A stretch of DNA of 64,000 bases from an uncultured Alphaproteobacteria bacterium (GCA_963808525.1 CAWEGE010000014.1:52736-116735); one strand, 5' to 3'; shown: positions 9,860 to 21,018, numbered from the stretch's first letter. The notes: generated by a model not told the origin, from the letters alone. A program made the numbers and translations.

Positions 9860-11348
9860 CTACCCGCCCGTCGGATAGTTCGGGCTCTCGCGGGTGATCG
9901 TCACGTCGTGCACATGGCTCTCGCGCAGACCCGCATTGGTGATGCGCACGAAGCGCGCGCGTTGCTGGAACTCGGGGATCGTCGCTGCGCCGACATAGCC
10001 CATGGCCGAGCGCAGGCCCCCCGCGAGCTGGTAAAGGATCGGCGTGGCCGGCCCGCGATAGGGCACCTGCCCTTCGACCCCCTCCGGCACGAGCTTTTGC
10101 TGCTCCTGCACGTCGCCTTGGAAATAACGGGTGGCCGAGCCCGCGACCATCGCGCCGACCGACCCCATGCCGCGATAGGCCTTGAACGAGCGACCCTGAT
10201 AGAGAAACACCTCGCCCGGCGACTTTCTCGGTGCCGGCGAGCAGCGAGCCGACCATAACGACATTGGCGCCCGCCGCGATCGCTTTCGCGAGATCGCCGG
10301 AATATTTCACGCCGCCGTCGGCGATGACCGGGGTGTTGGACTTCTGCGCCTCTTCCGCCGCGTTCAGCACCGCCGTGAGCTGCGGCACGCCGACGCCCGC
10401 GACGATGCGCGTCGTGCAGATGGAGCCCGGGCCGATGCCCACCTTGATCGCATCGGCGCCCGCGTCGATGAGCGCCTTCACGGCTTCGGCCGTCGCGACA
10501 TTGCCGGCGAGGATGGGAAGCTTGTTGCTCGCTTTCTTCACGCGCGCGACCTGATCCAGCACGGCTTGGGAATGGCCATGCGCGGTGTCGATGACGAGGC
10601 AGTCGGCGCCGGCGTCGATGAGCTGTAGCGCGCGTTCGAAACCGTGATCGCCGACGGTCGTCGCCGCCGCGACGCGCAGCCGCCCCTCCGCATCCTTGCA
10701 GGCGTAGGGATGCTGCGTCGCCTTCTCGATGTCCTTGACGGTGACGAGGCCGACGCAGCAGAAGTCCTCGTCGACGACGAGCAGCTTCTCGATGCGGTGC
10801 TGATGCAGCAGCCGCTTCGCCTCCTCGCGGGAGCCGCCCTCGCGCACGGTGATCAGCTCCTTGGTCATCAGCTCGGCGACAGGCTGGCGAGGCTCCTCGG
10901 CGAAGCGCACGTCGCGGTTCGTCAATATGCCGACGAGCTTGCCGCTCTTCCCGCCGGTCGGACGCTCGACGACCGGAATGCCGGAAATGCCATGCCGCGC
11001 CATCAGCGCGAGCGCGTCGGCGAGCGTCTCGTCGGGATGGATAGTGATCGGATTGACGACCATGCCGCTCTCATAGCGCTTGACCTTGCGCACCTCGGCG
11101 GCCTGATCGGCGGCGATCAGATTCTGATGGATCACGCCGATGCCGCCGGCCTGAGCCATGGCGATGGCGAGCCGCGCCTCGGTGACCGTGTCCATCGCCG
11201 CCGAGATGATCGGCAAATGCAGCTCGATGTCGCGCGTGAGCCGCGTCGTCACATCGACGCCGGACGGCTGAACGCGAGAATGGCCCGGCTGTAGCAACAC
11301 GTCGTCGAAGGTGAGGGCTTCGCTGGTTTCGACGAATTTGGCGCACAT
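9860..11348 (-). CDS. guaB: IMP dehydrogenase, single frameshift near 10228 (probable sequencing error)
   Basis: [20 protein letters not shown] pair and [11 protein letters not shown] in frame 1. The C-terminus ([10 protein letters not shown]...YRGMGS...VPEGVEG...RESHVHDV) continues in frame 9860..10264. Confidence 0.95.
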
Positions 11349-11470
11349 GGCTCGAGCTCCGGATGCCTTCTCCCTTCTCTTCCGTGGGAGAAACTAGGGC
11401 GCGCAAGCGCGCCGGATAAAAACCGGAGCGAATTCCGATCGCGAAAGTTCGCAACTTTGCGGAATTCGCT

Positions 11471-13246
11471 CTAGGCGTTGAACTGCAGCCGCGCGAGCCG
11501 GGCGTAAAGGCCGCCGCGTTCGACGAGGCTTTCATGATCGCCCTCCTCGACGATGCGGCCCGCGTCGAGCACGATGATTCGGTCGGCTTCGAGCACGGTC
11601 GCCAGCCGGTGCGCAATCACAAGGCTCGTTCTCCCCGCCATCACGTCCTCGAGCGCCGCCTGAACGAGCTTTTCATTCTCGGCGTCGAGCGCCGAAGTCG
11701 CTTCATCGAGCAGCAGCACGGGCGCGTCGGCGAGGATCGCGCGGGCGATGGCGAGGCGCTGGCGCTGGCCGCCCGAGATCGTAATACCGCGCTCGCCGAG
11801 CTCCGTGTCGTAGCCCTTGGGCAGGGCTGCGATGAAGTCATGCGCCTGCGCGCGGCGCGCCGCCGCCTCGATCTCGCGGCGCGGCGCGTCCGCGCGGCCA
11901 TAGGCGATGTTTTCCGCGACGGTCGCGCCGAAGATCACTGGGTCCTGCGGCGCGAGCGCGATAGCCTTGCGCAACCCCCGCGGATCGAGCTCGCGAACGT
12001 CGATTCCATCAAGCGAGACCAAGCCGGAATCGACGTCATAGAAGCGCATCAGGAGTTGGAAGATCGTCGATTTGCCAGCTCCCGAAGGGCCAACCAGCGC
12101 GACGCGCTCTCCCGACTCGATGATGAGGTTCAAATCGTCGATCGCCTTGGCCCCGTTGGCGCTCGGATAGGAGAAGCTCACTTGCTCAAAGGCGATGCGG
12201 CCGCGCACCGGCTCCTTGAGAATCTGGGGCTTCGGCGGCGCGGCGATCGTGGGCTGCACGCTCAAGATCTCGCCGATGCGTCCGGCGGCGCCCGCCGCCG
12301 CCGCCGCCTCGCTCCAGACCTGCGAGAGCTCGCCGAGCGAGCTCGCCCCGAGCACCGCGTAGAGCACGAATTGCGACAACACGCCCGAGGTCATCTTGCC
12401 CGCGAGCACGTCCTGCGCGCCGAGCCAGAGCACGGCCACGACGCTGCACGAGACGAGGAAGATCGCGCCGGCGGTGACGAGAGAACGGAGCCGCGTCGCG
12501 TCGCGCGCAGTCGTATAGGCGCCCTCCGCCGCGCGACGAAAGCGCTCGATGATCTGCGGCTCGGCGCCGCAGGCCTGCATCGTGCGGATCGCCGCAAGAT
12601 TCTCGCCCGCATAGGCCGAGGCGTCGGCGAGCGCGTCTTGCGCAAGGCGCGAGCGGCCTTTCACGGCGCGACCCGAGGCGATGAGCGGCAGCACGATCAC
12701 CGGTATGGCCGCGAGCGCGACTAGGGAGAGCTTGAAGCTCGTCACGACCATCATCACGATCGCGCCAAGGAAGAGGAAGAAGTTGCGCAAGGCGACCGAG
12801 GCCGAGGCGCCGAAGGCGGATCTGAGCTGCGTCGTGTCGCTGGTCAGTCGCGACAGGAGCTCTCCGGTCTTGGCGGTCTCGAAAAAGCGCGCGTCGAGCC
12901 GGGTTAGATGGCGGAAAAGATCGGCGCGCAAATCCGCGACCACCCGCTCGCCGAGCGTCATGACGAGATAGTATCGGGAGCCCGAGGCGAGCGCGAGCAA
13001 AGCGACGACGCCGATGAGCGCGCCGAAGCTGGCGTTAACCGATCCGGCGTTGTCTTTGGAAAAGCCCTGGTCGATCATCGCCCGGACGGCGAGCGGCAGA
13101 GCGAGCGTCGCGCCAGCGGCGACGCTGAGCGCGATCAAAGCGAGCAGGATGCGCAGCCAGTAGCGCAGCGCATAGGGAAGCAGGCGACGCAGCGGCGCGA
13201 GAGTCTTGAGCCGGCGCGTCTTTTGGGGAGCGGCCTCGTCGGTCAT
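11471..13246 (-). CDS. ABCB-type (MsbA-like) ABC transporter, fused permease/ATPase
   Basis: TM domain, Walker A GPSGAGKS, signature ISGGQRQR, Walker B LLLDEATSALD. Confidence 0.93.
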   Translation of the reverse strand: MTDEAAPQKTRRLKTLAPLRRLLPYALRYWLRILLALIALSVAAGATLALPLAVRAMIDQGFSKDNAGSVNASFGALIGVVALLALASGSRYYLVMTLGERVVADLRADLFRHLTRLDARFFETAKTGELLSRLTSDTTQLRSAFGASASVALRNFFLFLGAIVMMVVTSFKLSLVALAAIPVIVLPLIASGRAVKGRSRLAQDALADASAYAGENLAAIRTMQACGAEPQIIERFRRAAEGAYTTARDATRLRSLVTAGAIFLVSCSVVAVLWLGAQDVLAGKMTSGVLSQFVLYAVLGASSLGELSQVWSEAAAAAGAAGRIGEILSVQPTIAAPPKPQILKEPVRGRIAFEQVSFSYPSANGAKAIDDLNLIIESGERVALVGPSGAGKSTIFQLLMRFYDVDSGLVSLDGIDVRELDPRGLRKAIALAPQDPVIFGATVAENIAYGRADAPRREIEAAARRAQAHDFIAALPKGYDTELGERGITISGGQRQRLAIARAILADAPVLLLDEATSALDAENEKLVQAALEDVMAGRTSLVIAHRLATVLEADRIIVLDAGRIVEEGDHESLVERGGLYARLARLQFNA

Positions 13247-13318
13247 GGCGGCTTATAGCGTCCAAGCCGACGAAAGGCGACAGGGTATCGCGCGGAGCTG
13301 GGGAAAATGCGCCGCCGA

Positions 13319-14434
13319 TTATTTCACTTGAAAACCAGCGAGCTTCCCCCGGCTCATGCCGATCGCGAAGCTCATTTCCTCGCCCTCCCCCTCGACAGCC
13401 GGGATGAGCTTGACGCTCCAGTCGCCAAAGACGCGCCAGCCGATCGAAAAATGCCCGATCGACGCCCGGTAGAGCTTGCCGGCGTGAATGAGCGGCAGGG
13501 TGAGCGGCGTCTGATCCGTGTAGGAGGCGGGGTCGCGGGGATTGTCCACCCCCTGGGGCGCCGCCTCGATCTCCGTCTCCACGCGCCTCACCAGACGCCC
13601 GGAATTGAGCTGCTCGGCCTCGGCCAGCGCGATCTCATGCGCCTGTTTTGCGCTGTGAGAGGGTCTTTCTCTACCGCCTCGACGAGCGACAGCGCTTTTT
13701 GGCGCAAGGCCTCGCAGCCCGGCCCTGCGCAGCTCTGCTCCCAGGCGTTGAGCGTGCGATGGGCATCGAAGCGCGGCTCAAAAGTGAAACGCAGCCGACA
13801 ACTGCCCGCGAAATGGTCCTTGTCCCACCGCGTAAGCGCGAGGCTCGACCGCATCGAGGGACCGAAATCGTAGCTCTCCTCGAAGGCTGCGGGAACGCCG
13901 TCGATCGACCCGAAGGCGCGCGCGACGCCGCAGCCCTCGTCTTCCCCGCCGCCGAAAGCTTCCGGCGGCTTGCCGGCGCGCGCCTTGCCATCCCGGGTCT
14001 CGAAATAGACGCCGACGAGGCACTGCGCCGTGCCCTGGACGGCGCTCGCCATATGAAATTCCTTCCCCGAGCGCGCCCAGAGCCTTCGTGACCTCGGGGG
14101 AAAGCGCGAAAGGCGGCTTGGCCTTCTTCGCCCAATCCGCGAGCTTTCTCGGTGAGAAACCCTCGACCTCGACGACGGGCTCAGCGCGCGTCACGCCGGA
14201 ACGCGGGTCGGCGGCGAGAGCGTCGAGCGGCGACGGGCCGTAAAGCTCGCCCTGCAAAGGATTCTTCGCCCTTCGCGAAGCTGCGAAACGCTCCGCGAGA
14301 ACTTCGCACAGTTCTGCGCCTTGGCCCGACGCCGGCGAAGATGCGGGGCTTGCGCCGGCGGCGCGGGCCTGGAGGATACAAGAGGGCTCACTGAGCAGCA
14401 TGAGCAGTCCACAAAGCCGCGCGAGGGAACGCAT
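13319..14434 (-). CDS. Exported hypothetical protein split over three frames (frameshifts near 14065 and 13648)
   Basis: Signal-like N-terminus MRSLARLCGLLMLL at 14434. Continues in frame 13588..14052 and then 13319..13591; the second junction lies in an A-run. Confidence 0.55.
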
Positions 14435-14653
14435 GCGCGGCTGCGGCGAGAGCGTCTTAGACTGGCGTGTTTTTTCGCAAGAGACTTTGTCCATCATTGC
14501 GACTTTTATCGTGCAGGACGTCGGAACGCGACAGATCATCTGTGACAGCCGGAACACGCTGTGCGAAAAAACACTCTCAAGCGTCGTCATTTGTGTTGAT
14601 TTGTATCGCGCGAAACCGCAAAGTACTGTTGGCTCTTGCATATGGATCCTGCA

Positions 14654-15480
14654 ATGTCGTCCCGATTTCCCGCCCGCGCCTTCCTCCTCTCGACCGCTCT
14701 GGCGAGCGTGTTGACGCTCGGCGCGAGCGCGCCGGCCATGGCCGACGTTTTCGCGTTTGGGCAAACGGGCCAAGGCCAGGCCTATGCGGCCTATGGGCAG
14801 TTGGAGCTTGGGACGGGAAGCGGTCCGTCGGAGATCACCACGACCATCAGCACAAACGGGAACCAGGGGTATGTCGCGCCTGCGCTCAATCCCGGCCAGA
14901 GCCACATCGCTGGAGCCGGAGTCAGAGGCAGCACGACCTATACCGCCGGTTCTCCGGCGCCGCCAATCAATGCGTGAAAGCCACGGACCACAACAACTAC
15001 TTCGTCTTCAGCTTGGCGAACATCAAAGGCCCCGTCACAACGGCGACGCTCGCTCTGGCGGCGGGCAAAGTTGTCGTTGACGGGACCGGCGTGACCGCGT
15101 GGTACAACATCTACGATGCGACGAGTCTCTCGAGCACCCTGCTCGCAGGTCCGGTGAGCGCGAACGCGAAGCTTTACAATCAGCTCACAACTCAGGGTGC
15201 GTTGATCGGGAACATACAGTTTACCTCAAGCAATTCGGGCGGCACGTTCGACATCACGCTCAATGGCTTGGGCATCAGAGATCTGAATTATGACATCGCG
15301 CACGGAATCGCGAATTTCGCGATCGGTGGCGCGGTGACCACCCCCAATCCCGCTTCCCCTAGCGATCCCTTTCCTCCCCCCAGCGCTCCTTCTCCCCAGC
15401 CTGGGGTTGGTCTTCTTCCGTCCCTCGGCTTACTGGGCTTCCTCATCTTTGCCGCGGCTCGCGCCCGCTTCCGGGCATAG
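14654..15480 (+). CDS. Exported protein with PEP-CTERM-like C-terminal sorting segment, frameshift near 14950
   Basis: Signal peptide ending APAMA-D; Thr/Asn/Gly-rich body. Adding one T at GGTTCTCC joins the frames. C-terminus APSPQPGVGLLPSLGLLGFLIFAAARARFRA is Pro-rich, then TM, then Arg-rich. Confidence 0.7.
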
Positions 15481-15783
15481 CTTCCAAGCATAATAGAACC
15501 GCCCGGAAACCAGCGCCCGGAAAACATCTTTGAAGTGGACGCGCGGTCAACAGCAGTTCGAGTTGGGTGATGTTGAAGCCTGAGCGATCGGATCGGCGGC
15601 TCGTCGAGCCCCAGGGCTTTTCCTTTCCGTTCCCTTACGTGAGCCGGGCTTCTTCCCGCTCCTCGCCCGCCGGGATTCTCTCGTGCTTGAAGTGGCGCGC
15701 GCCCGCTTTCGGGCGTACGGAAATACTGGGAAGCGAGCGCGTGACGCTTTTTGAAGCCTGAAACGTGTTGCGGAGGATTCAGC

Positions 15784-16650
15784 TCAGCAGTCGTTGCAAG
15801 GGGGCGGAGGCGGATTGCAATCGTTGCACGGCGGAGTGTTGCCGCCATTGCCGCCATGCGGCGTCGTCAGCACGCGGACCGTGGCCGCCGAGCTCTGGTT
15901 GTTCGCATTCGACTGGCTCTGCACGATTTGGCCGCCAGCCCAGAACGCGCCGAGAGTGTCCAGCCCGTTCCAGGGCCTCTGATCCTGCATCCGCGCATTG
16001 CCGAGCTGGACGCCCCCATCCGACGGCGGATTTGAGGCGCCGCCGTGTTGTCCGGTGGCGCTGGCGAAAAGCGCGTCAAGCGTCGCGAGGATACCGGGCG
16101 GGATAGGGTACGGCCGCGAGAAGCTACCGTCCGGCCGGACCCTCACCATATCGCCCGGAGGAATCGTGACAGTCGAACGCCCGTTGGTCAGGGTGACCTC
16201 GCCGTACAGCGACGCAAACAGCGTCCCCTCCGGACAGTTGAGGCAGACATAGGCCATGCCGCCGCGAACCGAGAGCGAGCCCGACGGCGTCTCGATCTTC
16301 GCGCCATCGCTATGGCTCACCGCTCCGCCGACGAAACGCAAGGCGCCCTTGGCCAGCGTCGCGGACTGCGCGCCGACGCCTTGATTGCCGTTGTAAACGA
16401 ATTTGTTGATCGTGACCGAGCTGCCGTGGCCGATCGTCATCGTCGACTTGTCGAGAAAAACGATCTGCGCGGACCCATCCGCATTGGTGGTGATCCGCTC
16501 TCCTCCCGCGACTCCGGCGCCGACGGAAAGCTTGCGACCGCCAGCCTCCGCGGACTGATTCACCGCGCCGACATTGCCGACCGTCTCGGCGAGCGCCGAT
16601 CCCGCGAAGGCGGCGCAAGCGGCGAAGAGAAACGCAAGCAGTATCTTCAT
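15784..16650 (-). CDS. Exported FecR-domain protein with low-complexity, Cys-repeat tail
   Basis: Signal peptide; ERITTNADGSAQIVFLDKSTMTIG..S.V.I and IETPSGSLSVRGG are FecR-like; ends PPCNDCNPPPPPCNDC. Confidence 0.8.
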   Translation of the reverse strand: MKILLAFLFAACAAFAGSALAETVGNVGAVNQSAEAGGRKLSVGAGVAGGERITTNADGSAQIVFLDKSTMTIGHGSSVTINKFVYNGNQGVGAQSATLAKGALRFVGGAVSHSDGAKIETPSGSLSVRGGMAYVCLNCPEGTLFASLYGEVTLTNGRSTVTIPPGDMVRVRPDGSFSRPYPIPPGILATLDALFASATGQHGGASNPPSDGGVQLGNARMQDQRPWNGLDTLGAFWAGGQIVQSQSNANNQSSAATVRVLTTPHGGNGGNTPPCNDCNPPPPPCNDC

Positions 16651-16664
16651 CTTCGTCGTCCTCT

Positions 16665-18042
16665 TCAGAACTTCGCCACGGGACCGAACACGACGGAGAA
16701 GTCGTTCATCTTGAAATTCTGGATGTTCAAGTCGTTCCTCAAATACTCCAGATGGCCGGAGAAGCCCCATCGCGCGCCGATCGGCGCGTCGAGCGCGGCG
16801 CCGTAAGTCCAGGCGTCGTCGCGGCGCGCGCGCCACGGGTCGACGAGAAAATTCGGAGAATCGAAAGCCGTCTGCATGAAGCGCGCATAAGGCGCGATCG
16901 TCCAGCGGCGCGGGATTTCCGGCAGCGGCGGATCGAACTCGAAATGCAGCATCGCCTGCAAGTCGATCGTGTCGGAGGACTGCGAGGACACAACCGCGTT
17001 GGCGCGGGAATAGGCTCCTCGTCCTTCGAGCCTCACCGTGTCGTTGAAGCGATAGAAGACATTGAGCGAACCGGTGTAGACGTCGCCCGAGGCCAGCGTT
17101 GCCGCCGTATGCGCCGCGATGCTCCAAAGCTGCGGGCCGCCGTTATAGACATAGAGGCTGCGATATTCGAAGCCCGGCTCCAGCGAGAAATCGCGGCCGA
17201 AATTCTTGCGGAACGTGATGCCGGCGCCCCCATCGTTGAGATAGTTGACGTCGCCGAGGACCGACGCCGCGCCAGTGATATAGGGCTTAACCGACAGTCC
17301 CGGCGCAATCTCGAAATCGCGGTCCGGCCGTGCCGGCGAAGAGCGCGACGTCATATTCCGGCAATTTGAACTGCTGCGTCGCATAGATGAGGCCGTGCAT
17401 TTCGAGCGTCGGGCCGCCATGTCCAAGGAAATCCCAGTCGATACCGCCCTGAGCGAGCTCAAAAGTGTTGGCGTCGGAGCGCTGCCTGGCGAGCGAGGTC
17501 GTCTGCACCCCGCCCACGCCGAAAAGTCCGCCGGCCGGGAAGTAATTGGCGTTGGACTGAGAACGGATTCCGATCTGAAGGCTGCCGAAAAGCCGTTTAT
17601 CCTTTGTAGCCTCCTCGATATCGGGCAGCTGCGCCTCGATCTGCGCCTTTTGCGCGGAGTCGAGGTTCGGCTCGTCCAGCGCACGCTTCAACTGCACCGC
17701 GGCGCTGGTGTCCGCGCCTAGCCTTGCATACAGATAGCCGAGCTCCTTGCGGGCGCGGGCGAGGTCTGGGTTGAACATCAGCAGGCGCTGCAGCGCGCTG
17801 ATCGCCTCCTCGTCGTAGCCGAGCCGCGTCGCGAGCCGGATAAAGGCGTAAGTCTTCTCGTAGTTGGTCGGGTCGAGGCGGATCTCGTCGGCGAGACGAT
17901 CGAACTCGGCAGATGGGTCCTGAGCATCCTCGAAGGGACTGACCACCGGAAAGTCAACCAGCGCCTGCGCGCGCGCGCCCTGCGCCGCCGCGGCGAGGCC
18001 CGCGATCAACACGACGCATAAAGCTCGGGGTGCACTGGTCAC
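16665..18042 (-). CDS. TPR + outer-membrane beta-barrel protein (Slam/DUF560-like), frameshift near 17315
   Basis: GTG start with GGAGG; signal peptide; TPR (AISALQRLLMFNPDLARARKELGYLYARLG); amphipathic beta-strands; terminal Phe (VFGPVAKF). An extra T in CGATTTCGAG splits the frames. Confidence 0.7.
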
Positions 18043-18240
18043 GTCGCCTCCGATGGAATTCCTTCTTCGCCGAGCGCGAAGTCTTACACCAACGATAGTG
18101 CTTTGAAAGGCGCGCTTAGTCCAAGTCCCGAAAAATTCCCGAGCTGTGGCGGAAATACAACAGTTCTCCAAAGCTCGCTACGACGGGCTTATACAAGCGC
18201 CTCAAAGGCAAGCTTACCTAGCGATCGCCAATCGCTCACT

Positions 18241-19398
18241 TCACTCGAACAACCCGCCGCTTCGCGGTGCGAGGGGATTGTCGAGCAGCGCGGCCCGGTC
18301 GGGCGCATCCACCGCGGGCGCGCCGGCGAAGGCCGCATAGAGCCCTGAGACGAAACGCTCCTCCAGATCTTTAACGATGAAGACGATCCGTGTGCGGTGG
18401 TCGGCGTCCGGCCACGCCGCGAGCCGATGCGGCGGGTGGAACACGTGCTGCACGCCGTGAATCACGACGGGAGAGTCCGGATCGTCGGTGAGCGCCACGA
18501 TGCCCTTTACGCGTAGCAGCCTGGGGCCGTGCGCCTGACGCAGGAGGTCGAGGAAGAGATCGAAGGCGCCCGCAGCGAGCGGCTTGTCGCTCGTCAGGCA
18601 AAAGGCGCGGATATGCGCGTCATGCCGATTGACGTCGGCGTGATGATGATCGTGCCCAAGCTCACGATCGTGATGATCCTGCGCCGCGAGCACGGCCTGC
18701 GCATTGAGCCACAAGTCGACGCGCGGCGTTTTTCCATCGGCGTCATAGAGGCCGCAATCGAGAAGCGCCGCCGCCGAAGCCTCGCCCGCGGCGGCGATCA
18801 GGATGCGCGCCGCAGGGTTAAGCGCCGCGAGCCGCGCGAGAAGCCTGTCTAGGTTTTGCGCGCCTTGCGGCAGATCGGTCTTCGTCACGACGATTCGGTC
18901 CGCCACGGCGGCCTGCTTCACCGCCTCCTCATGCGCATCCAGGGTGGCCTCGCCATTCACCGCGTCGACGAGCGTGACGACGCCGTCGAGCCGGTAGCGC
19001 AGCAGAAGATAGGGATGGCGCATGATCGCATGCAGGATCGGCGCGGGATCGGCTAGCCCGGTCGTCTCCAGCACGACTCGCTCGAAGGGTTTCATCCGGT
19101 TGTTGTCGCGGCGGCGCAGCGCGTCTTCGAGGGCGGCGATGAGATCGCCGCGGATCGTGCAGCAGACGCAGCCCGACGCCATGACCATCATGTCGCCGTC
19201 GATCTTCTCGACGAAGAGGTGGTCGAGCCCGACCTCGCCGAATTCATTGATCAGAACGAGCGTGTCGGCGAATTCGCTCGAGGCGAGCAGGCGGTTGAGC
19301 AGCGTGGTCTTGCCGGCCCCCAGAAAACCGGTCAGGACCGTGAGCGGAAGAGGCGGCGGCGGACGCCGCGGCTCGGCGGACGCCGCCGCTTGGCTCAT
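18241..19398 (-). CDS. CobW/COG0523 family metallochaperone GTPase
   Basis: VLTGFLGAGKTTLL, INEFGEVG, GCVCC, ETTGLA, TKTD and LLRVKG motifs. Confidence 0.93.
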   Translation of the reverse strand: MSQAAASAEPRRPPPPLPLTVLTGFLGAGKTTLLNRLLASSEFADTLVLINEFGEVGLDHLFVEKIDGDMMVMASGCVCCTIRGDLIAALEDALRRRDNNRMKPFERVVLETTGLADPAPILHAIMRHPYLLLRYRLDGVVTLVDAVNGEATLDAHEEAVKQAAVADRIVVTKTDLPQGAQNLDRLLARLAALNPAARILIAAAGEASAAALLDCGLYDADGKTPRVDLWLNAQAVLAAQDHHDRELGHDHHHADVNRHDAHIRAFCLTSDKPLAAGAFDLFLDLLRQAHGPRLLRVKGIVALTDDPDSPVVIHGVQHVFHPPHRLAAWPDADHRTRIVFIVKDLEERFVSGLYAAFAGAPAVDAPDRAALLDNPLAPRSGGLFE

Positions 19399-20795
19399 TG
19401 CGCCTCCGCAAGCCTGCTGGCCTGCGCCGCGGCGGTCGAGCGGGAATGATGCTTGGCCTTGCCGGGCCCATGCTTCTGCGGCTTGGCCTTTGAAGCCGGC
19501 GCGTCGGAGTCGTCGCTGGCGTCGTCCTGCGCCTTGGCCGAGGCGTTGTGGTGGGCTTTGCCCTTCGCCTTGTGCTTGCCGGCCTTGGCGTGCGGCTCCT
19601 CTGCGTCGGAGTCCTGGTCGGTCGTCGCCAGGGCTTTGGCGCCGGACGCGCTCCACACCACGAGCTTGCCGGGATCGGCGAGCGGCGCCGGGACGAGTTG
19701 CGGTCCTGCGGGATTGTCGGCGCCGACCGCGAGCTTCGGATCGCGTGCCTTGGCCACCGGCCCGGCATAACCCTCCTCGGGGCCGGTGTGCACGACAATC
19801 GGCTCGAAAGAGATCGGCTGGGCGTTGAGGCGACCGGCGGCAGCCCCGGTGTCGCCGACCATGGTGATCGGCGTGTCCTCGAACTCGGCGACATATTGCT
19901 TATGCGCCTTGCCACGGTGAATGCAGATCTTGTCGCGTTGATCGGGGGCCGGACCGACGCCGGGGCCGGGCAGATCGGCGGCGAGGCCTTGCGATTGCGC
20001 GCCCGCGAAGGCGCGATCGAAAAGCGACGCCGTTCGGATCGTGCGCGTCGCGCCGCTCGGCGCGCCGAGCACGACCGCGATAAGCCTCTTGCCGCCGCGC
20101 GTCGCCGAGGCGACAAGGTTATAGCCGGCGGGACAGGTGAAGCCGGTCTTCATGCCGTCGGCCCCCGGATAGACCTTCAAAAGGCCGTTGTGCGTCGGCA
20201 TGATCCGGCGGCCGATGCGAAAGGCGCCGATGTGATAGAGATCGGCGGATTCAGGGAAATCGACAAGCAGCGCCCGGCCGAGAAGCGCAAGGTCGCGCGC
20301 CGAGGTGACCTGCCGGTCGTCGGGCAGGCCGTTCGGATTGACCCAGTAGGATTCCTTCATGCCGATCGTGGCCGAGGCCTGGTTCATCTCGCCCGCGAAG
20401 GCCTCGATCGAGCCCGAGACGCCCTCCGCGATCGTGACCGCTATGTCATTTGCGGATTTGACCATGAGCATGACGAGCGCATTGCGTAGCGTCACCTCCT
20501 GCCCCGCACGAAAGCCCATTTTCGACGGCGCCTGCTCGGTCGCGCGCTCCGAAACGACGAGCGGCGTGTCCAGCGTGATGCGCCCTTTGCGCACCGCGTC
20601 GAGCGCGACGTAGGCCGTCATCAGCTTCGTAGTCGAAGCCGGAAACCAGACCGCGGTCGCCTGATCCTGCTCGAGCACCTGACCGGTCGCTACATCGATC
20701 ACGATCGACGGCGTGGCCAGGGCCGGGGCGGCGAGCCCGAAGCCGAAAGCCAGCACGACGATCAGGCGTAAAGCGCCACCGCACAAAAGTTTCAT
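19395..20795 (-). CDS. D-alanyl-D-alanine carboxypeptidase (peptidase S11)
   Basis: PASTTK (SxxK), KSAND (SxN) and GMKTGF (KTG) motifs; His/Lys-rich tail. Confidence 0.9.
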   Translation of the reverse strand: MKLLCGGALRLIVVLAFGFGLAAPALATPSIVIDVATGQVLEQDQATAVWFPASTTKLMTAYVALDAVRKGRITLDTPLVVSERATEQAPSKMGFRAGQEVTLRNALVMLMVKSANDIAVTIAEGVSGSIEAFAGEMNQASATIGMKESYWVNPNGLPDDRQVTSARDLALLGRALLVDFPESADLYHIGAFRIGRRIMPTHNGLLKVYPGADGMKTGFTCPAGYNLVASATRGGKRLIAVVLGAPSGATRTIRTASLFDRAFAGAQSQGLAADLPGPGVGPAPDQRDKICIHRGKAHKQYVAEFEDTPITMVGDTGAAAGRLNAQPISFEPIVVHTGPEEGYAGPVAKARDPKLAVGADNPAGPQLVPAPLADPGKLVVWSASGAKALATTDQDSDAEEPHAKAGKHKAKGKAHHNASAKAQDDASDDSDAPASKAKPQKHGPGKAKHHSRSTAAAQASRLAEAQ

Positions 20796-21018
20796 GCGCA
20801 AATTCCCCGGGTCGGCGACGCGTCTCAAAAGGTTAGAGCGCGCGGCCCTTAAGTCAAATGTTACCAAAACCCGCAAATTCGGCGCAATTCAGGCGCCCAG
20901 GGCTTGGCAAGGCTTTCCGGCCCGGCGAAGGCCAATCTTTCACCCCAGAAGTCGGATTGCGTGGAGCGCCTAGCCGCGGCTCGTGCTAGATTCCCGAAAA
21001 AACGGGGGACAGCCTCGG

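Noticed and set aside
10215-10240. Programmed ribosomal frameshift in guaB
   Set aside because: No slippery heptamer or stimulatory structure was seen, and many similar indels across the window point to sequencing error.
14620-14645. Sigma54 promoter for the PEP-CTERM-like gene (TTGGCTCTTGCA)
   Set aside because: GG and GC are too close for the -24/-12 spacing.
15784-15830. c-type heme sites in the FecR-domain tail
   Set aside because: The motifs are CNDCN and CNDC*, not CxxCH.
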